The notes below the pieces were generated by a model that was not told where the DNA came from, did not search any database, and worked only from the letters and a program-made list of their open reading frames with translations. A DNA stretch of 63,536 nt, filler included, from Cladosporium halotolerans (lineage: Eukaryota): the NCBI RefSeq assembly GCF_011745625.1. It is 16 parts of 16 records of this genome, joined end to end, with 100 filler letters (N's around TTAATTAATTAA, not from the genome) between each part and the next. Parts side by side here need not be neighbours in the genome. Positions count along the whole stretch, not along the records: positions 8,476 to 12,535 come from NW_027191701.1; positions 12,636 to 16,678 come from NW_027191702.1; positions 16,779 to 20,768 come from NW_027191703.1; positions 20,869 to 24,845 come from NW_027191704.1; 12 more parts are not named here. The stretch is one strand, 5' to 3'. The translations under genes and the position numbers were made by a program. Shown one piece after another: positions 12,026 through 22,394 of the stretch; the first letter of the stretch is position 1; the number at the start of each line of letters is the position of its first letter.

Positions 12026-12535
12026 TTAGCGATCCGAGTCGTAGGGCCCATTTCCTTCCCGACGTCTGCCGACCAAAGCAAACAACGACTGGAGACGCGT
12101 CTCTTGGTCGGGAGGGCAGCTCTCTATTGACACTCCGCCTTCTTCGTCTAACCAAGCGCCCTCATCGCTGACATTGGTGTGGCTCACCTTGCCCGTCGCA
12201 TCTCGGATCTCATCTTTGCTGAAACCCAACGGATCGCATGGAATCCACACGATCGGTTCGCTATTGCAGCCGCACGACTGCATTGTGTCGCTGATGCTCT
12301 CTTCAACCCTCGTGGTAGACGGACCGCCTCGGGTGCTGCCATCGTCATTGTCCTGTTCGTGCTCAAACACCGGCAGGTAACTGATGAGCGAATGGAACGA
12401 ACGGTTGACGAACAGCTGATACGCCACCGTCAAACCCAGTACTGCGGTCATGGTGATGCCGTGAGGCACACACGCGGCTCTTCCGTCGGCACCAGTCGCC
12501 ATGAAAAAGTGACCGATCAGGCACAGTTGCATGAC
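12026..12535 (-). CDS. OSCA/CSC1 (RSN1/PHM7, TMEM63-like) channel, C-terminal fragment
   Basis: MQLCLIGHFF last TM helices, then PIVWIPCDPLGFSKDEI...SDEGAWLDEEG...PPD (PHM7 extracellular tail motif); runs off contig edge. Confidence 0.85.
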   Translation of the reverse strand, partial: VMQLCLIGHFFMATGADGRAACVPHGITMTAVLGLTVAYQLFVNRSFHSLISYLPVFEHEQDNDDGSTRGGPSTTRVEESISDTMQSCGCNSEPIVWIPCDPLGFSKDEIRDATGKVSHTNVSDEGAWLDEEGGVSIESCPPDQETRLQSLFALVGRRREGNGPYDSDR

Positions 12536-12635
12536 NNNNNNNNNNNNNNNNNNNNNNNNNNNNNNNNNNNNNNNNNNNNTTAATTAATTAANNNNNNNNN
12601 NNNNNNNNNNNNNNNNNNNNNNNNNNNNNNNNNNN

Positions 12636-13190
12636 CGGCATATTTGACATCAGACTTAGAGACCGACTTCGACGAGTTTTGCGAAGGTAATGCAAGCAAG
12701 CGGCAAGAAACCGTGATCACCCAAGACTTGGCACGACAGTTGGGTCGGGCTTGCTGCTGTGAGTAGAATGCCAGAGGAGCTTGTCACGGGAAGTATGCCG
12801 CAGAGGGTATGCGGCGAGGAGCGCTCCGAGTAGGATTTCCCTCCCTGGCGGCTGGCCTGAGTCCATCCAGAGCCGGCGTAGGAAATGGTTGGTCTCTTGG
12901 CCAGGACAAAACGATTACTGCGGACACCCGCAATTTGTGGAACAATAGAAGAGCTGTTCCCGGCTGGTGTACAGTACTGTACCTACGCGAAGTTTGCGAA
13001 AATGACGCATTCGAGCTTCATGGCAAGAGACGCAAAGGAGATGGCATTGTACGGTACAGTAGCACTTTGCGAGATGTAGCCTCTCAGCTTTTGGTGAGGA
13101 CCTCAACGTGTGATCGACATGACCAAAATGACAACCATCATATGCAAGGCGGTGTGCAATGCTCTACTTACAGGATCTGTTGGACTTCCA
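12636..13190 (+). repeat. Dispersed repeat, copy A (diverged copy B at 55658-56240)
   Basis: Colinear shared blocks CGGCATATTTGACATCAG, AATGCAAGCAAGCGGCAA, TCCATCCAGAGCCGG, TCATGGCAAGARACGCAAAGG, GTGATCGACATGA. Confidence 0.9.
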
Positions 13191-13336
13191 CCGCCAGACG
13201 CCCATACGCATCTCGACGCCGTGTGTAGGTTCTGCTGATTGCAGCCTGCTCGTCCACCCATGTGGACAATTGATGGCCTTGCAAAAGTGACGGTCCTGTG
13301 GTCAAGATGTGGAAGGGACCGTTAAAGGCTCCTTGT

Positions 13337-13415
13337 TGCCCTGAGGCTTCAGCATGCCCTGAGGCTTCGGCATGCCCTGAGGCCTCGGCATGCCCTGAGG
13401 CTTCAGCATGCCCTG
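13337..13415 (+). repeat. 18-bp tandem repeat x4.4 (TGCCCTGAGGCYTCRGCA)
   Basis: Copies at 13337, 13355, 13373, 13391 and a partial copy at 13409. Confidence 0.95.
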
Positions 13416-13468
13416 TACCGCAATTGGTGCTTCATGCTCCAGGGCATGCTGTTGCCTCAGAGCACAGG

Positions 13469-14020
13469 AGCCTCAGGGCATGCCGCCAGCCTGAGAGCCT
13501 GTCACGCTCTTCGCACCATTCGTTGCTTCCTGTCGACGGCATCTTTCCCCCGTCGATGGTTCCTCCCTGTCGACGATTCTTTCCTGTCAACGACATCTTC
13601 CTGTCGACGGTTCCTTCCTGTCAACGGCATCTTCCTGTCGACGGTTCCTTCATGTCGACAGCATCTCCCCGTCGACGGTTCCTCCCTGTCGACGGTTCCT
13701 TCCGGTCGACGGCATCTTCTCGTCGACGGTTCCTCCCTGTCGACGGTTCCTTCCTGTCGACGGCATCTCCCCGTCGACGGTTCCTCCCTGTCGACGGTTC
13801 CTTCCGGTCGACGGCATCTTCTCGTCGACGGTTCCTCCCTGTCGACGGTTCCTTCCGGTCGACGGCATCTCCCCGTCGACGGTTCCTCCCTGTCGACGGT
13901 TCCTTCCGGTCGACGGCATCTCCCCGTCGACGGCTCCTCCCTGTCGACGGGGAGATGCCGTCGATAGGGAGGAACGAATGGCGTGACAGGCTCTTAGGGC
14001 TGGCGGCATGCGCTGAGGCT
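13469..14020. repeat. Foldback-like structure: 17-bp GTCGAC-core array (51-bp higher-order unit) between ~80-bp inverted repeats
   Basis: ~22 GTCGAC sites at 17-bp spacing (13532-13948); 13469-13555 is approximately the reverse complement of 13944-14020. Confidence 0.92.
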
Positions 14021-15841
14021 TCAGCATGCCATTGGTGATTCATGCCCCAGGGCATGCTGTTGCCTCAAGGGCAAACAGGAGCCTTCGACGGTCCTTTCCA
14101 CATCTTCACCATATGACCGTCACTTTTGCAAGGCCATCATACTCCAGGGCATGGTTTTGCCTCAGGGCATGCCGAAGCCTCGCATTCAACGGTTCCTTCC
14201 ACTTTGCCCGCTTGCATGGATTCGCCACCCTTGAGCTTCCGAGTCCGATTCACCGTAATCCGGCCTCCCTACCAAGGTGGTGTTGAGGAAGCTTTCTCAC
14301 CGTGGATCATTGCTTCGTCAAGTTTGGGCCAGTCGTCGGCACCAGACTCTCCCTGATGGACAATGGACCGACGGGTCTGCTCACCCATCACGCCTACACT
14401 CTCTAGCAGCATCTAAAAGTCCAGCACTCACCCTCTTCTTGCACTGGTGGTGCGCCAGCCGCCGTTCACTTTCATCTGGGCAAATTGTCTGACCAAGCTG
14501 TGCGGAGGGAATTTTGCGCCGCCTTCGACGAGTGGGGGAGTTGCTCGGCTTGTTGCCCGCAGCGCCCGTCGACGCTACCACCCTAGATCGCCATCTGATC
14601 GCTCTGATTCAATCGATCTGTCGGATGTGCCTGGGTCAGAGAAGATCTTCCGCGGGGCCTACAGTACCGGGAGCAGGAAGGACGTTCTTGCCAGTCAACA
14701 AGACCCCACGGTCAGCATCTTGCTTTGCAAGTCCGCCGCGGCGGAGTCCCGAGACGACGGCGACATCTTGACCTTGAAACGCGGACATTCAAAGGGGCTT
14801 TCGGCGCTGCAGAAGATAGCTGGCTCGCTGGCAGATCAGTGGACAACGCAAAGATTTGTCCTTGGGCACAGCGCAGATATCTGGCATTTGGGACAGAGAA
14901 AAAGTCTTGTCCATGGGGACAGAGCTGGACAGCAGCAGTAGAAGAGCTTGAAGCCCGTACAGTAACGTTATCTGGTATCACGAGAGCTACAGTTGACGTG
15001 CGAGAGGGTGCCGACTTCGCAGCATTAGCCAGATGTATCGCTAACGCATGTCAAGACCAGTTGCTATTGTAATATCCCTGCGACTCGCCTGCGCTCCGCA
15101 GGTCATGCGCACATGGCCGCCAAGCACCGTGCTTGCTGTTGTGAAAGAGGGTCCTGCCCCTAAACACTGCAGCTGTTATCAGCTTATCTCGCGCTAATGT
15201 TTCAGGTTGGCTACATATATACAGTCCTTACCTCCGATATGTAGAGAATGTATGGGAATGAACATGCGCACGATGCTATTGATCAGAAAATGACCAACAC
15301 TTGCACCACTTGCTCAATCAAGTGCATGTGGCGGTTGCCGTGAGCGTAACATGCGTACCGCATGCGCTCGAAGCGCGAGGAGCATATTGGTGAAAGCAGC
15401 TCTCTTTCTGGCTGATCCTCACGCGGCAGATGCCGCTCGCCGAGCCCTAAGCCAGATCGAGTTTGAGCTTATCTGCATGCGGCTTAGAGCCAATGTGCGG
15501 AAGCTGCCGCGCGGAGAGCTTATAACAATAACATCGCAATTCTAGACACCGGTTCCGCAATCGACTATAAATTTACAGCACAAAGGTCTCGGTTTTCATA
15601 CATTGCTGCACAGTGAGTCTGAGTCACATAATGTGACTGTAGTCCCGTTCCAGCGTGGGCTCGCCTCAGTCCCGGCATACTTGACCCCACGTTCGTCATG
15701 TGCTCTAAACTTGCGACCAAGACCTGTCGGTAAACGATGTTCCTACGCTATGCGGACGAAACATGCGGACGAAGTATGCCCCGCCGAGACACCGAATCCC
15801 TTTGTTGCTGTCTGAGGGCCTAGCAACATGCCTCTCGGTGT

Positions 15842-16678
15842 TCAAGCGGCATGAAATTGGTCGAGCGTCTGGCAGACGGCATCACGAAGATTCTGAGGAA
15901 GCTCGGGGTTCAAACCTCTGCAGCCACACCCGTGTATCGATGAAGGTGTGTCCAGATTCTCCAGGACCTCCAGAAGGCCGCTCAAGGTGTAATTTTGAAC
16001 TGCCCATTCCATTGGCCACAACCCGCGACGCTCAAATTCCGCCTTCCAAAGCCCCAGGTGACCTTCACTACACTCGGGAGAAATGTAATACCCATCTAGG
16101 GAGTAATTTCGGAGGGCTGCAACAGCTTTGAGCATGGCTTGTGTTTTCTGCAATTGGAAGCCACCTGCATGGGAACGTCAGTCTTAGACAACGAGTATGT
16201 AAAGTAGAGACCACTCAATGATCGTTCACACCCACCTACAGTCTCCTCCGTTCTCCCAGCAGTTCCTTGAGGAGGCCAACAGGCATGTCGACCGAGAGCC
16301 GACGAGACACCAAGATCGAGGGCAATGGCAGCTACGGCGTACGATTGATCTCCACGTGCATTGCAAAGCGCACGATCCAGCCACTTCTCAATCCACGCGG
16401 AGAGGACTCCTGTCAACTGATGCCTGTTGCAGGACTGAGCGATCTCTTTCAGTACGTTTAGGGTCAAAGCATGAGGCACCCTTTCGTGGTGTCCATGTAA
16501 AATGTTGCAGATTGCCAACAACGCCTCGCGGTCGTCTGGAACGCTCAGCTCGTTGGTAAAAGAAAACTCGATCGGAGTCCGACCACGTCTTCTTGTTTGT
16601 AGCAGCTTGGAGAAGCTCTCGGATGCTTCAACGAGGGTACGGGAAGAAACAAGCAGCAGCCCTTCACGGCCTTTTCCA
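15842..16678 (-). pseudogene. BTB/POZ-like fungal protein, 5' truncated and probably frameshifted
   Basis: LLVSSRTLVEASESF...DDREALLAICNILHG...VP...LKEIAQ...LSAWIEKWL pattern split over several frames; C-terminal RRGLWP. Confidence 0.6.
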
Positions 16679-16967
16679 NNNNNNNNNNNNNNNNNNNNNN
16701 NNNNNNNNNNNNNNNNNNNNNNTTAATTAATTAANNNNNNNNNNNNNNNNNNNNNNNNNNNNNNNNNNNNNNNNNNNNCGCGAAGCTCGCGAGCGGCCCA
16801 GACGTGTCACCCCCGGCGACGCGCTGTCGTCAGGTTGCGGCAACGGGCGCGCAGCGGCGGCCATTGATGGATATGCCAACTAGGCACAATAATTACTTAA
16901 AAAGCGTCTTTTCTCTCAATAATAAAAACAAGTCCCGCTCCCCTCTCTTTCGTAGCTCTTCGAGCTA

Positions 16968-19086
16968 GAAGTCTGCCCCACCGTGCGCACAGACCCACCG
17001 CGCGCTCACATTTCCAATTGCATGCTGGACGTGTTATTTAACGGATTCCTTAACCACATCAATCACAATCACTAAGAAATTGATACACGGTATTTGAGAG
17101 TGTACAGACGACATAACGTATAAGTATCAAGTCAATAACCAAGCTGGTGTCTGAATGGTTCTCCCTGATCTTGACCTCGGCTGTGTTGGAGCCTCCTGAG
17201 CTTTCGGGGTGTTCTTGTTGGAAGGAGGCTTTGGAGGCACCTTTTTCTTCTTCAGAATCCTCCTTTGACCTTTATTTGAGGCTTTGGCTACGAGTTCGGC
17301 CTGCTTTTGAGCTCCTTTTGCTTCTTTATCCGCAATCCTCTGAGCCTTCCTCAAAGTCTCGGCTGCATTACGAGCATTTCGAGCTATAGCTTTCTCCTCG
17401 CGCCTTCTCTGGACCGCTTGCTGCTTCTGAACCTTCGCCAACGCTCTTTCTTGAACCCTAGTTTCCTTATCCGCTTTCTCTTGTACCTTCTCTTGCTCCC
17501 TCTGTGCTTGAAGTTCGAGAGCCGCTCTCACCTTCTTAGGACTGAACAGGATCGCCCCGGAGCCTTCTTCGGCCCTGAATTGCTCCATCAACTTTCTGCC
17601 ACGCTTGCGCTTCTTCTTCTCGTGCCTGAGAGCCTCGATTGCCTTCTGTCTTCCAAGTCTTTCGAGGGTAGCCTCCGCCCTGCTTGTCTGGAGGTCATCG
17701 CTAAGCCTTTTCATCATTTTCTTGGTCTTCTGGTCTATCGTCTTGTCGATGATGCCTCTAAGCTTCCTCAGACCCGAAGGCGAGTCCCAGCAAGTAGAAG
17801 AACTGCTCGATGAGCCTCTGGGTGTCGATTCCTTCTGGCTCCGTGGCCGAAGCTTATTGAGCACTAAACCAGGATTGAAAGGAATTAGACCAGTCTTACA
17901 CCAGCTTGAGCTCACAGTCTTCGCAGTGAACGCTTCTTGCCACGCTGGATAGAAGCATCTGAAGAAATCTCTCTTCGTCATTCGCGTCTGGCCTTCCGAG
18001 AGCCTGGTCTGTCGGTCTAGAAGCTGGCTATAATATGTGGCGAGAGGAGCAAAGCAGCCGACATCTAGAGGCTGCAATCTATGTGTGGAGTGAGGAGGAT
18101 ATACAGCTACCAGTATCTTGTGTGCCTGGGCCCATTCAAGGAACTTAAGCGTGACGTGAGAGCCGTGGCCGTCGACGAATAAGAGCCTCCATTGCCTTCT
18201 GGCTTTCTCCCGAGTCTTTTTGTCGAAGAACTCTTCTAGCCACTTGAAACCAATCTCATCAGATGTCCAGCCACTAGCAGATGATGTGAACCAAGCGTCG
18301 TGTTCGTTGGAATCGAAGTCTTGGACCCAAGAGTCTTGAATGGAGCCAGAGGTACTGTCGTAGATCAGAAGAGGAGGTAAAGCTGTACCATCGCCACAGA
18401 TCGTCGCCACTACCGTGATCCACTCTCTAGATCCATCTTGGCCAGCTGCAAGAAGCTTTCCAGAGGCTTTGAGATCCTTTGAAAAGACTCGTTTGGCTTT
18501 AGTAATCCTTCCGAGAAGAAAGCCCTTCTCGTCCATGTTGTAAGTGTTCTCCGGCAGTATGTTATATTCTTCCACCTTCTTACCTACGACGGAAAAGTAT
18601 CTCTCGAAAGATGCCACAGAGTCAGCCTCGTGCCTGTTCAGGTCCAGACTGTCGAGATATCTCGAGTCCAGCTCCGTCTTGTGTCGCTGCACAAATCTCG
18701 AGCACCAGTTATGTCCAGGAGCCTTTCCTCCGAGCTGAGCGGCGATATCAGCCATGATCGCTGGTGTGGGAGGAAGGCACCTGTCACAGAGTTGTTTGAT
18801 ATGCGACAATAGTTGCTGCTCTTGCTGGCTATTGAGGAATCGCGAGTCTTCAATAGCTTGGTCTCTACTGCTGGCCATGCCTTTCCAGCGTCTTCTGAGC
18901 GTTGACGTTACGATTCCGTACTTTCTGGCCACCGCTGCCACACAAGGCGTATTTGACGATCTCAATCCTGTAATAGCTGCATCCATAGCTACTCGGGTGA
19001 CGGAGATATACGATGATGAAGCCATCTGTTGACCACCGCGTCGCGTGAGCGCGCGGTGGGTCTGTGCGCACGGTGGGGCAGACTTC
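16968..19086 (-). mobile_element. Complete Fot1/pogo-family DNA transposon (2119 bp)
   Basis: Perfect 42-bp TIRs at 16968-17009 and 19045-19086 (GAAGTCTGCCCCACCGTGCGCACAGACCCACCGCGCGCTCAC); TA on both flanks (16966-67, 19087-88). Confidence 0.97.
17127..19025 (-). CDS. pogo/Fot1 transposase (HTH-psq, CENP-B HTH, DD35D), 632 aa
   Basis: YNMDEKGF, LFVDGHGSH, PPHSTHRLQPLDVG; 35 residues between 2nd and 3rd Asp; uninterrupted ORF. Confidence 0.97.
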   Translation of the reverse strand: MASSSYISVTRVAMDAAITGLRSSNTPCVAAVARKYGIVTSTLRRRWKGMASSRDQAIEDSRFLNSQQEQQLLSHIKQLCDRCLPPTPAIMADIAAQLGGKAPGHNWCSRFVQRHKTELDSRYLDSLDLNRHEADSVASFERYFSVVGKKVEEYNILPENTYNMDEKGFLLGRITKAKRVFSKDLKASGKLLAAGQDGSREWITVVATICGDGTALPPLLIYDSTSGSIQDSWVQDFDSNEHDAWFTSSASGWTSDEIGFKWLEEFFDKKTREKARRQWRLLFVDGHGSHVTLKFLEWAQAHKILVAVYPPHSTHRLQPLDVGCFAPLATYYSQLLDRQTRLSEGQTRMTKRDFFRCFYPAWQEAFTAKTVSSSWCKTGLIPFNPGLVLNKLRPRSQKESTPRGSSSSSSTCWDSPSGLRKLRGIIDKTIDQKTKKMMKRLSDDLQTSRAEATLERLGRQKAIEALRHEKKKRKRGRKLMEQFRAEEGSGAILFSPKKVRAALELQAQREQEKVQEKADKETRVQERALAKVQKQQAVQRRREEKAIARNARNAAETLRKAQRIADKEAKGAQKQAELVAKASNKGQRRILKKKKVPPKPPSNKNTPKAQEAPTQPRSRSGRTIQTPAWLLT

Positions 19087-19192
19087 TACGTCCTAGTCAT
19101 TCTGTAGGTCGACTGTAGACGAGGGTTGTTGAATTTATTGAAGAAAAAGCTATTCATCACGTAGATATTGTGTCTTCTAGGCGCACCTGTCA

Positions 19193-20668
19193 ATGGCTGC
19201 CGTTGTGCGCCCGCCGTCGCAGCCGGACGAGGGCGCGTCGCCCGCATTGACGCGTCCAAGCCGACAACGCGTCTCACGCACCGAGGTCGACTATCGGAAA
19301 CTGCACCGAGGAATATTGGCAAAGGAGACAGCTCTGTCTAAAGCATCAGGGAAGAGCAGCGAAACTTCGGAGTCTCGGCTGGACACTGTTTTGAAGGCCA
19401 TTGCCGGCGTGCGCGAATCTGTTGACGAGCGCTTCGCCCTCGTTCAGGAGGCCATCGAACAAGTACCGGACATCGGGCAAGTGAAAGAGACCGTATCGGA
19501 ACAAGTAAGGGACATTGTTCAAGAGCAATTGAAGGCCACCGGACAACGCGAGATTGTAGAGGCTATTAGGGACGAGGTCAAGAGCGCCGTGCAACAGCAG
19601 GTGAGTGGGGTAGTTCGTCGGGAGGTCAGGGAGGTGGTGCAGCAAGAGGTCAAAAGTATCGTGCAGCGAGAGGTCATGAACATTGTTACGGATAAGGTCA
19701 CTGCGATCGTTCAACAGCAGGTTACTACCATAGTCCAGCAGCAGGTCACATCTATCGTCCAGGAGCAGGTCACAGCCATCGTCGAAAAGCAGCTATCTAG
19801 CATTGAACCGTCGAGCAATCAAGCATCTAGCCCGAATCCGTCGTACGCCGACGTCGCGCGCACCCCACCGGGCAGTCACCCCAGTAACCTGAGGACGCTC
19901 TCCAATCAGACAACCCCATCAACTTTGACTGACACGCTGTACTGCACGGTGGATGTGTCCAACGTTGAAGAGAAGGAGAGGGGGAGGGCGAATGCTAGCA
20001 AGATCAGACAGGAGGTCGAGGAAGGCATGAGGAAGGGTGACGGGGGAAGCGGGTGGCGATGTGTGGCGGTGACGAGGGACCCTCGCAATTCCGGCCGCAT
20101 TCGCATCACCTGCCGGGATGAAGAGGAGTTGGCTCGGGTCAAGTCTGTGGCCGAGAGGGCGAAGGCGAGCGGAGCGCGCGTGCTGCGCGATCAATGGTAC
20201 CCCGTCAAGGTGGATAACACGTGCAGGACGGCGGTGCTGGATGAGAATGGAGAGCTGCGGGTAGGTGCGACGGAATTGATGGAGAAAGAGAACGAGGTGA
20301 AAATTGCCAAACTGTCGTGGCTCAGCCGGAAGGATTCGCCGAAGGCGTACGGGTCTATGGTCGTGTATGTGACGAAGCGCGCCGATGCAGCGAGGCTCCT
20401 AGACGGCCAGTACTTCAACGTGGACGGGGAATCAGCTTTCACCCGGGTATTCGAGCCCAGACGCGGACCGATGCAGTGCTTCAAGTGCCTGGGGCTTGGC
20501 CACAGGGCGTTTTCGTGTACCAAACCCCAGGTGTGCAGCAGGTGCGCTCAACCAGGCCACCGTCACAGCGAATGCCAGGCGGACAGTCCAAAGTGTGCGG
20601 TGTGCGGCGGACCACACGAATCGTCTAGCCGCCAATGTCGGATCCTTTATCCAGCGGCTAATGTCTAG
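19193..20668 (+). CDS. Tad1-like LINE ORF1 (gag-like)
   Basis: Coiled-coil region, SYADVA, YPVKVDN, three Cys/His knuckles (CFKCLGLGHRAFSC, CSRCAQPGHRHSEC, CAVCGGPHESSSRQC). Confidence 0.93.
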   Translation: MAAVVRPPSQPDEGASPALTRPSRQRVSRTEVDYRKLHRGILAKETALSKASGKSSETSESRLDTVLKAIAGVRESVDERFALVQEAIEQVPDIGQVKETVSEQVRDIVQEQLKATGQREIVEAIRDEVKSAVQQQVSGVVRREVREVVQQEVKSIVQREVMNIVTDKVTAIVQQQVTTIVQQQVTSIVQEQVTAIVEKQLSSIEPSSNQASSPNPSYADVARTPPGSHPSNLRTLSNQTTPSTLTDTLYCTVDVSNVEEKERGRANASKIRQEVEEGMRKGDGGSGWRCVAVTRDPRNSGRIRITCRDEEELARVKSVAERAKASGARVLRDQWYPVKVDNTCRTAVLDENGELRVGATELMEKENEVKIAKLSWLSRKDSPKAYGSMVVYVTKRADAARLLDGQYFNVDGESAFTRVFEPRRGPMQCFKCLGLGHRAFSCTKPQVCSRCAQPGHRHSECQADSPKCAVCGGPHESSSRQCRILYPAANV

Positions 20669-20768
20669 ATTGATGAGGTTCTTGCAACTGAATGTGCAGA
20701 AGCAGCGCAACGTGCAGCACAGCATGATGAACGATGTTAGTTTGAAAGAGTACGCAGCTTTGATGGTT
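20661..20768 (+). CDS. Tad1-like LINE ORF2 start (APE endonuclease), truncated by contig end
   Basis: MSRLMRFLQLNVQK (hhQhN APE motif I); ATG overlaps the last 8 nt of ORF1. Confidence 0.88.
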
Positions 20769-21361
20769 NNNNNNNNNNNNNNNNNNNNNNNNNNNNNNNN
20801 NNNNNNNNNNNNTTAATTAATTAANNNNNNNNNNNNNNNNNNNNNNNNNNNNNNNNNNNNNNNNNNNNAGTTGCGGTCGTTGAGAAATCACGTAGAGAAG
20901 AGGACGCGTTGGTGCCGCGTCAAGCGTGCCTGAGGTGTGGACGTGCTTGAGGTGGGGAAAGCTTCTATCAGCTCCAGGCTCCGAGCTAAAAGCGGAACGT
21001 CCCCGCGAGCTCGCTCTTCGGTGGTGTTAAATTGAGACAGGTTTCGCTCTTTTCGTCTCATCCCTTGTTCGTTTTGTAGGACAATGTGGAAATCATGCTA
21101 TCGACACTTCCCGCGGATCCCTTACGCGGCGCAGTCGTCGAGCTTTCTTCAGCCAGTTATTGATCTGTTTTCTCTGTCTTGCATCCTCAGCTTCTTGCCT
21201 TGCGTCATCACATTTGTCATACGCAGCTTTCTGAACTGACACGCATTTCATGTATCTGTGATCAAGTCTAGGGGAGACGATAAGTTCGAATTGGAGAATA
21301 ACCCTATGCCTCAAAATGCCACTCTCAGAACACAGAAATCTCTCAACAGATCTCTTCAAGC

Positions 21362-22080
21362 CTACTCAACGTAGGCTGTGTACATCGCTAATCCATTTGT
21401 GCTTTCCACAACAACTTCAGTACCATGAGCAACAAAGAAGACATTCCATTCGCTGATCTCCCAAGTCCTGCCTTCGGCCTTGAGCTGCGCAGCACCTCTC
21501 GTTACCAGTATAACGCTTGGCCCTTCTACCGCGACTAGTGTTTCCTTCTCCCTGGGACCCAGCTTCGTGACAAGCATGTTAAACTCGCTCATAGGTGGCT
21601 TGTAGATCCGCGTTTTGTCGTGACCGCCCCCTTTGTATAACTCGCTTTGGAGAATGCATTCTTGAGCGCTGTGGGGAGTGAACGTGAGGCTCGAGCAGAA
21701 GAGCTCGGCCGAGGCACGCTCGGCCTTTGGACAAAATCCGGTGTTGAGGACATTGTTGCTGCGCGCCATGCACTCTATAATGTCGCCAGCGAGATAGGCG
21801 TGGATGCCATCAGCGGGAATAGAGAGTCCTTCTCCGGGGTCAAGGATCAGGTAGTTCATAGTGACAAGCGCCACTAGGAGGCCGGAATCGGTCTTATCGA
21901 ATTCGTCAGCAAGTCGGGGGATCAGCTCAGGAATATAAGAGTCATTGCCAAAGGACAACTTGTCGAGACTACGCAATTCTTCGCATGTCGAGCGGATTGC
22001 ATCGTCGTCAGCTGTTAGCAATTTCCTGACTACGCCTTGCAGTGTTCGATTATCAAATTTCGAATCTTCGAACTCGGGGA
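21362..22080 (-). pseudogene. Mannose-6-phosphate isomerase (type I PMI) paralogue lacking its N-terminal part
   Basis: MNYLILDPGEGLSIPADGIHAYLAGDIIECMARSNNVLNTGF and YKPPMSEF; upstream frame is closed by stops and no YxWG/N-terminal domain is visible. Confidence 0.85.
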
Positions 22081-22394
22081 GGAACTTCTAGAGAGGACGA
22101 AGCCGCATAAGTTCGAAGGGTGCTCATGTTTATCTAGTCAGGGATGCAAACCTATACTACCGGAGCTGACATTGTTGTTGGCGGTGTACACAAACGTTGT
22201 TAGAAGGCATGTCGATGATAAGGCATGGAAAGGATACCGACGCCAACCTCCGAAAGGGTGATTGCCAATCTGCACGATTTTTCCCACGTCTGCTAACCGT
22301 TATCGCATTTCCAAAAATGGCGACCTCAGCCATACGGACGGCGAAAAGCATTATAGTGCCAAACGTTGCCTACAGTGGTTACCGTACTGCACGC

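Noticed and set aside
13531..13965. CRISPR array
   Set aside because: No unique spacers, a 17-bp tandem period, eukaryotic context and no cas genes
13298..14055. Repetitive ORFs on both strands (RRFLPVDGSF...)
   Set aside because: By-products of a stop-free tandem array open in several frames
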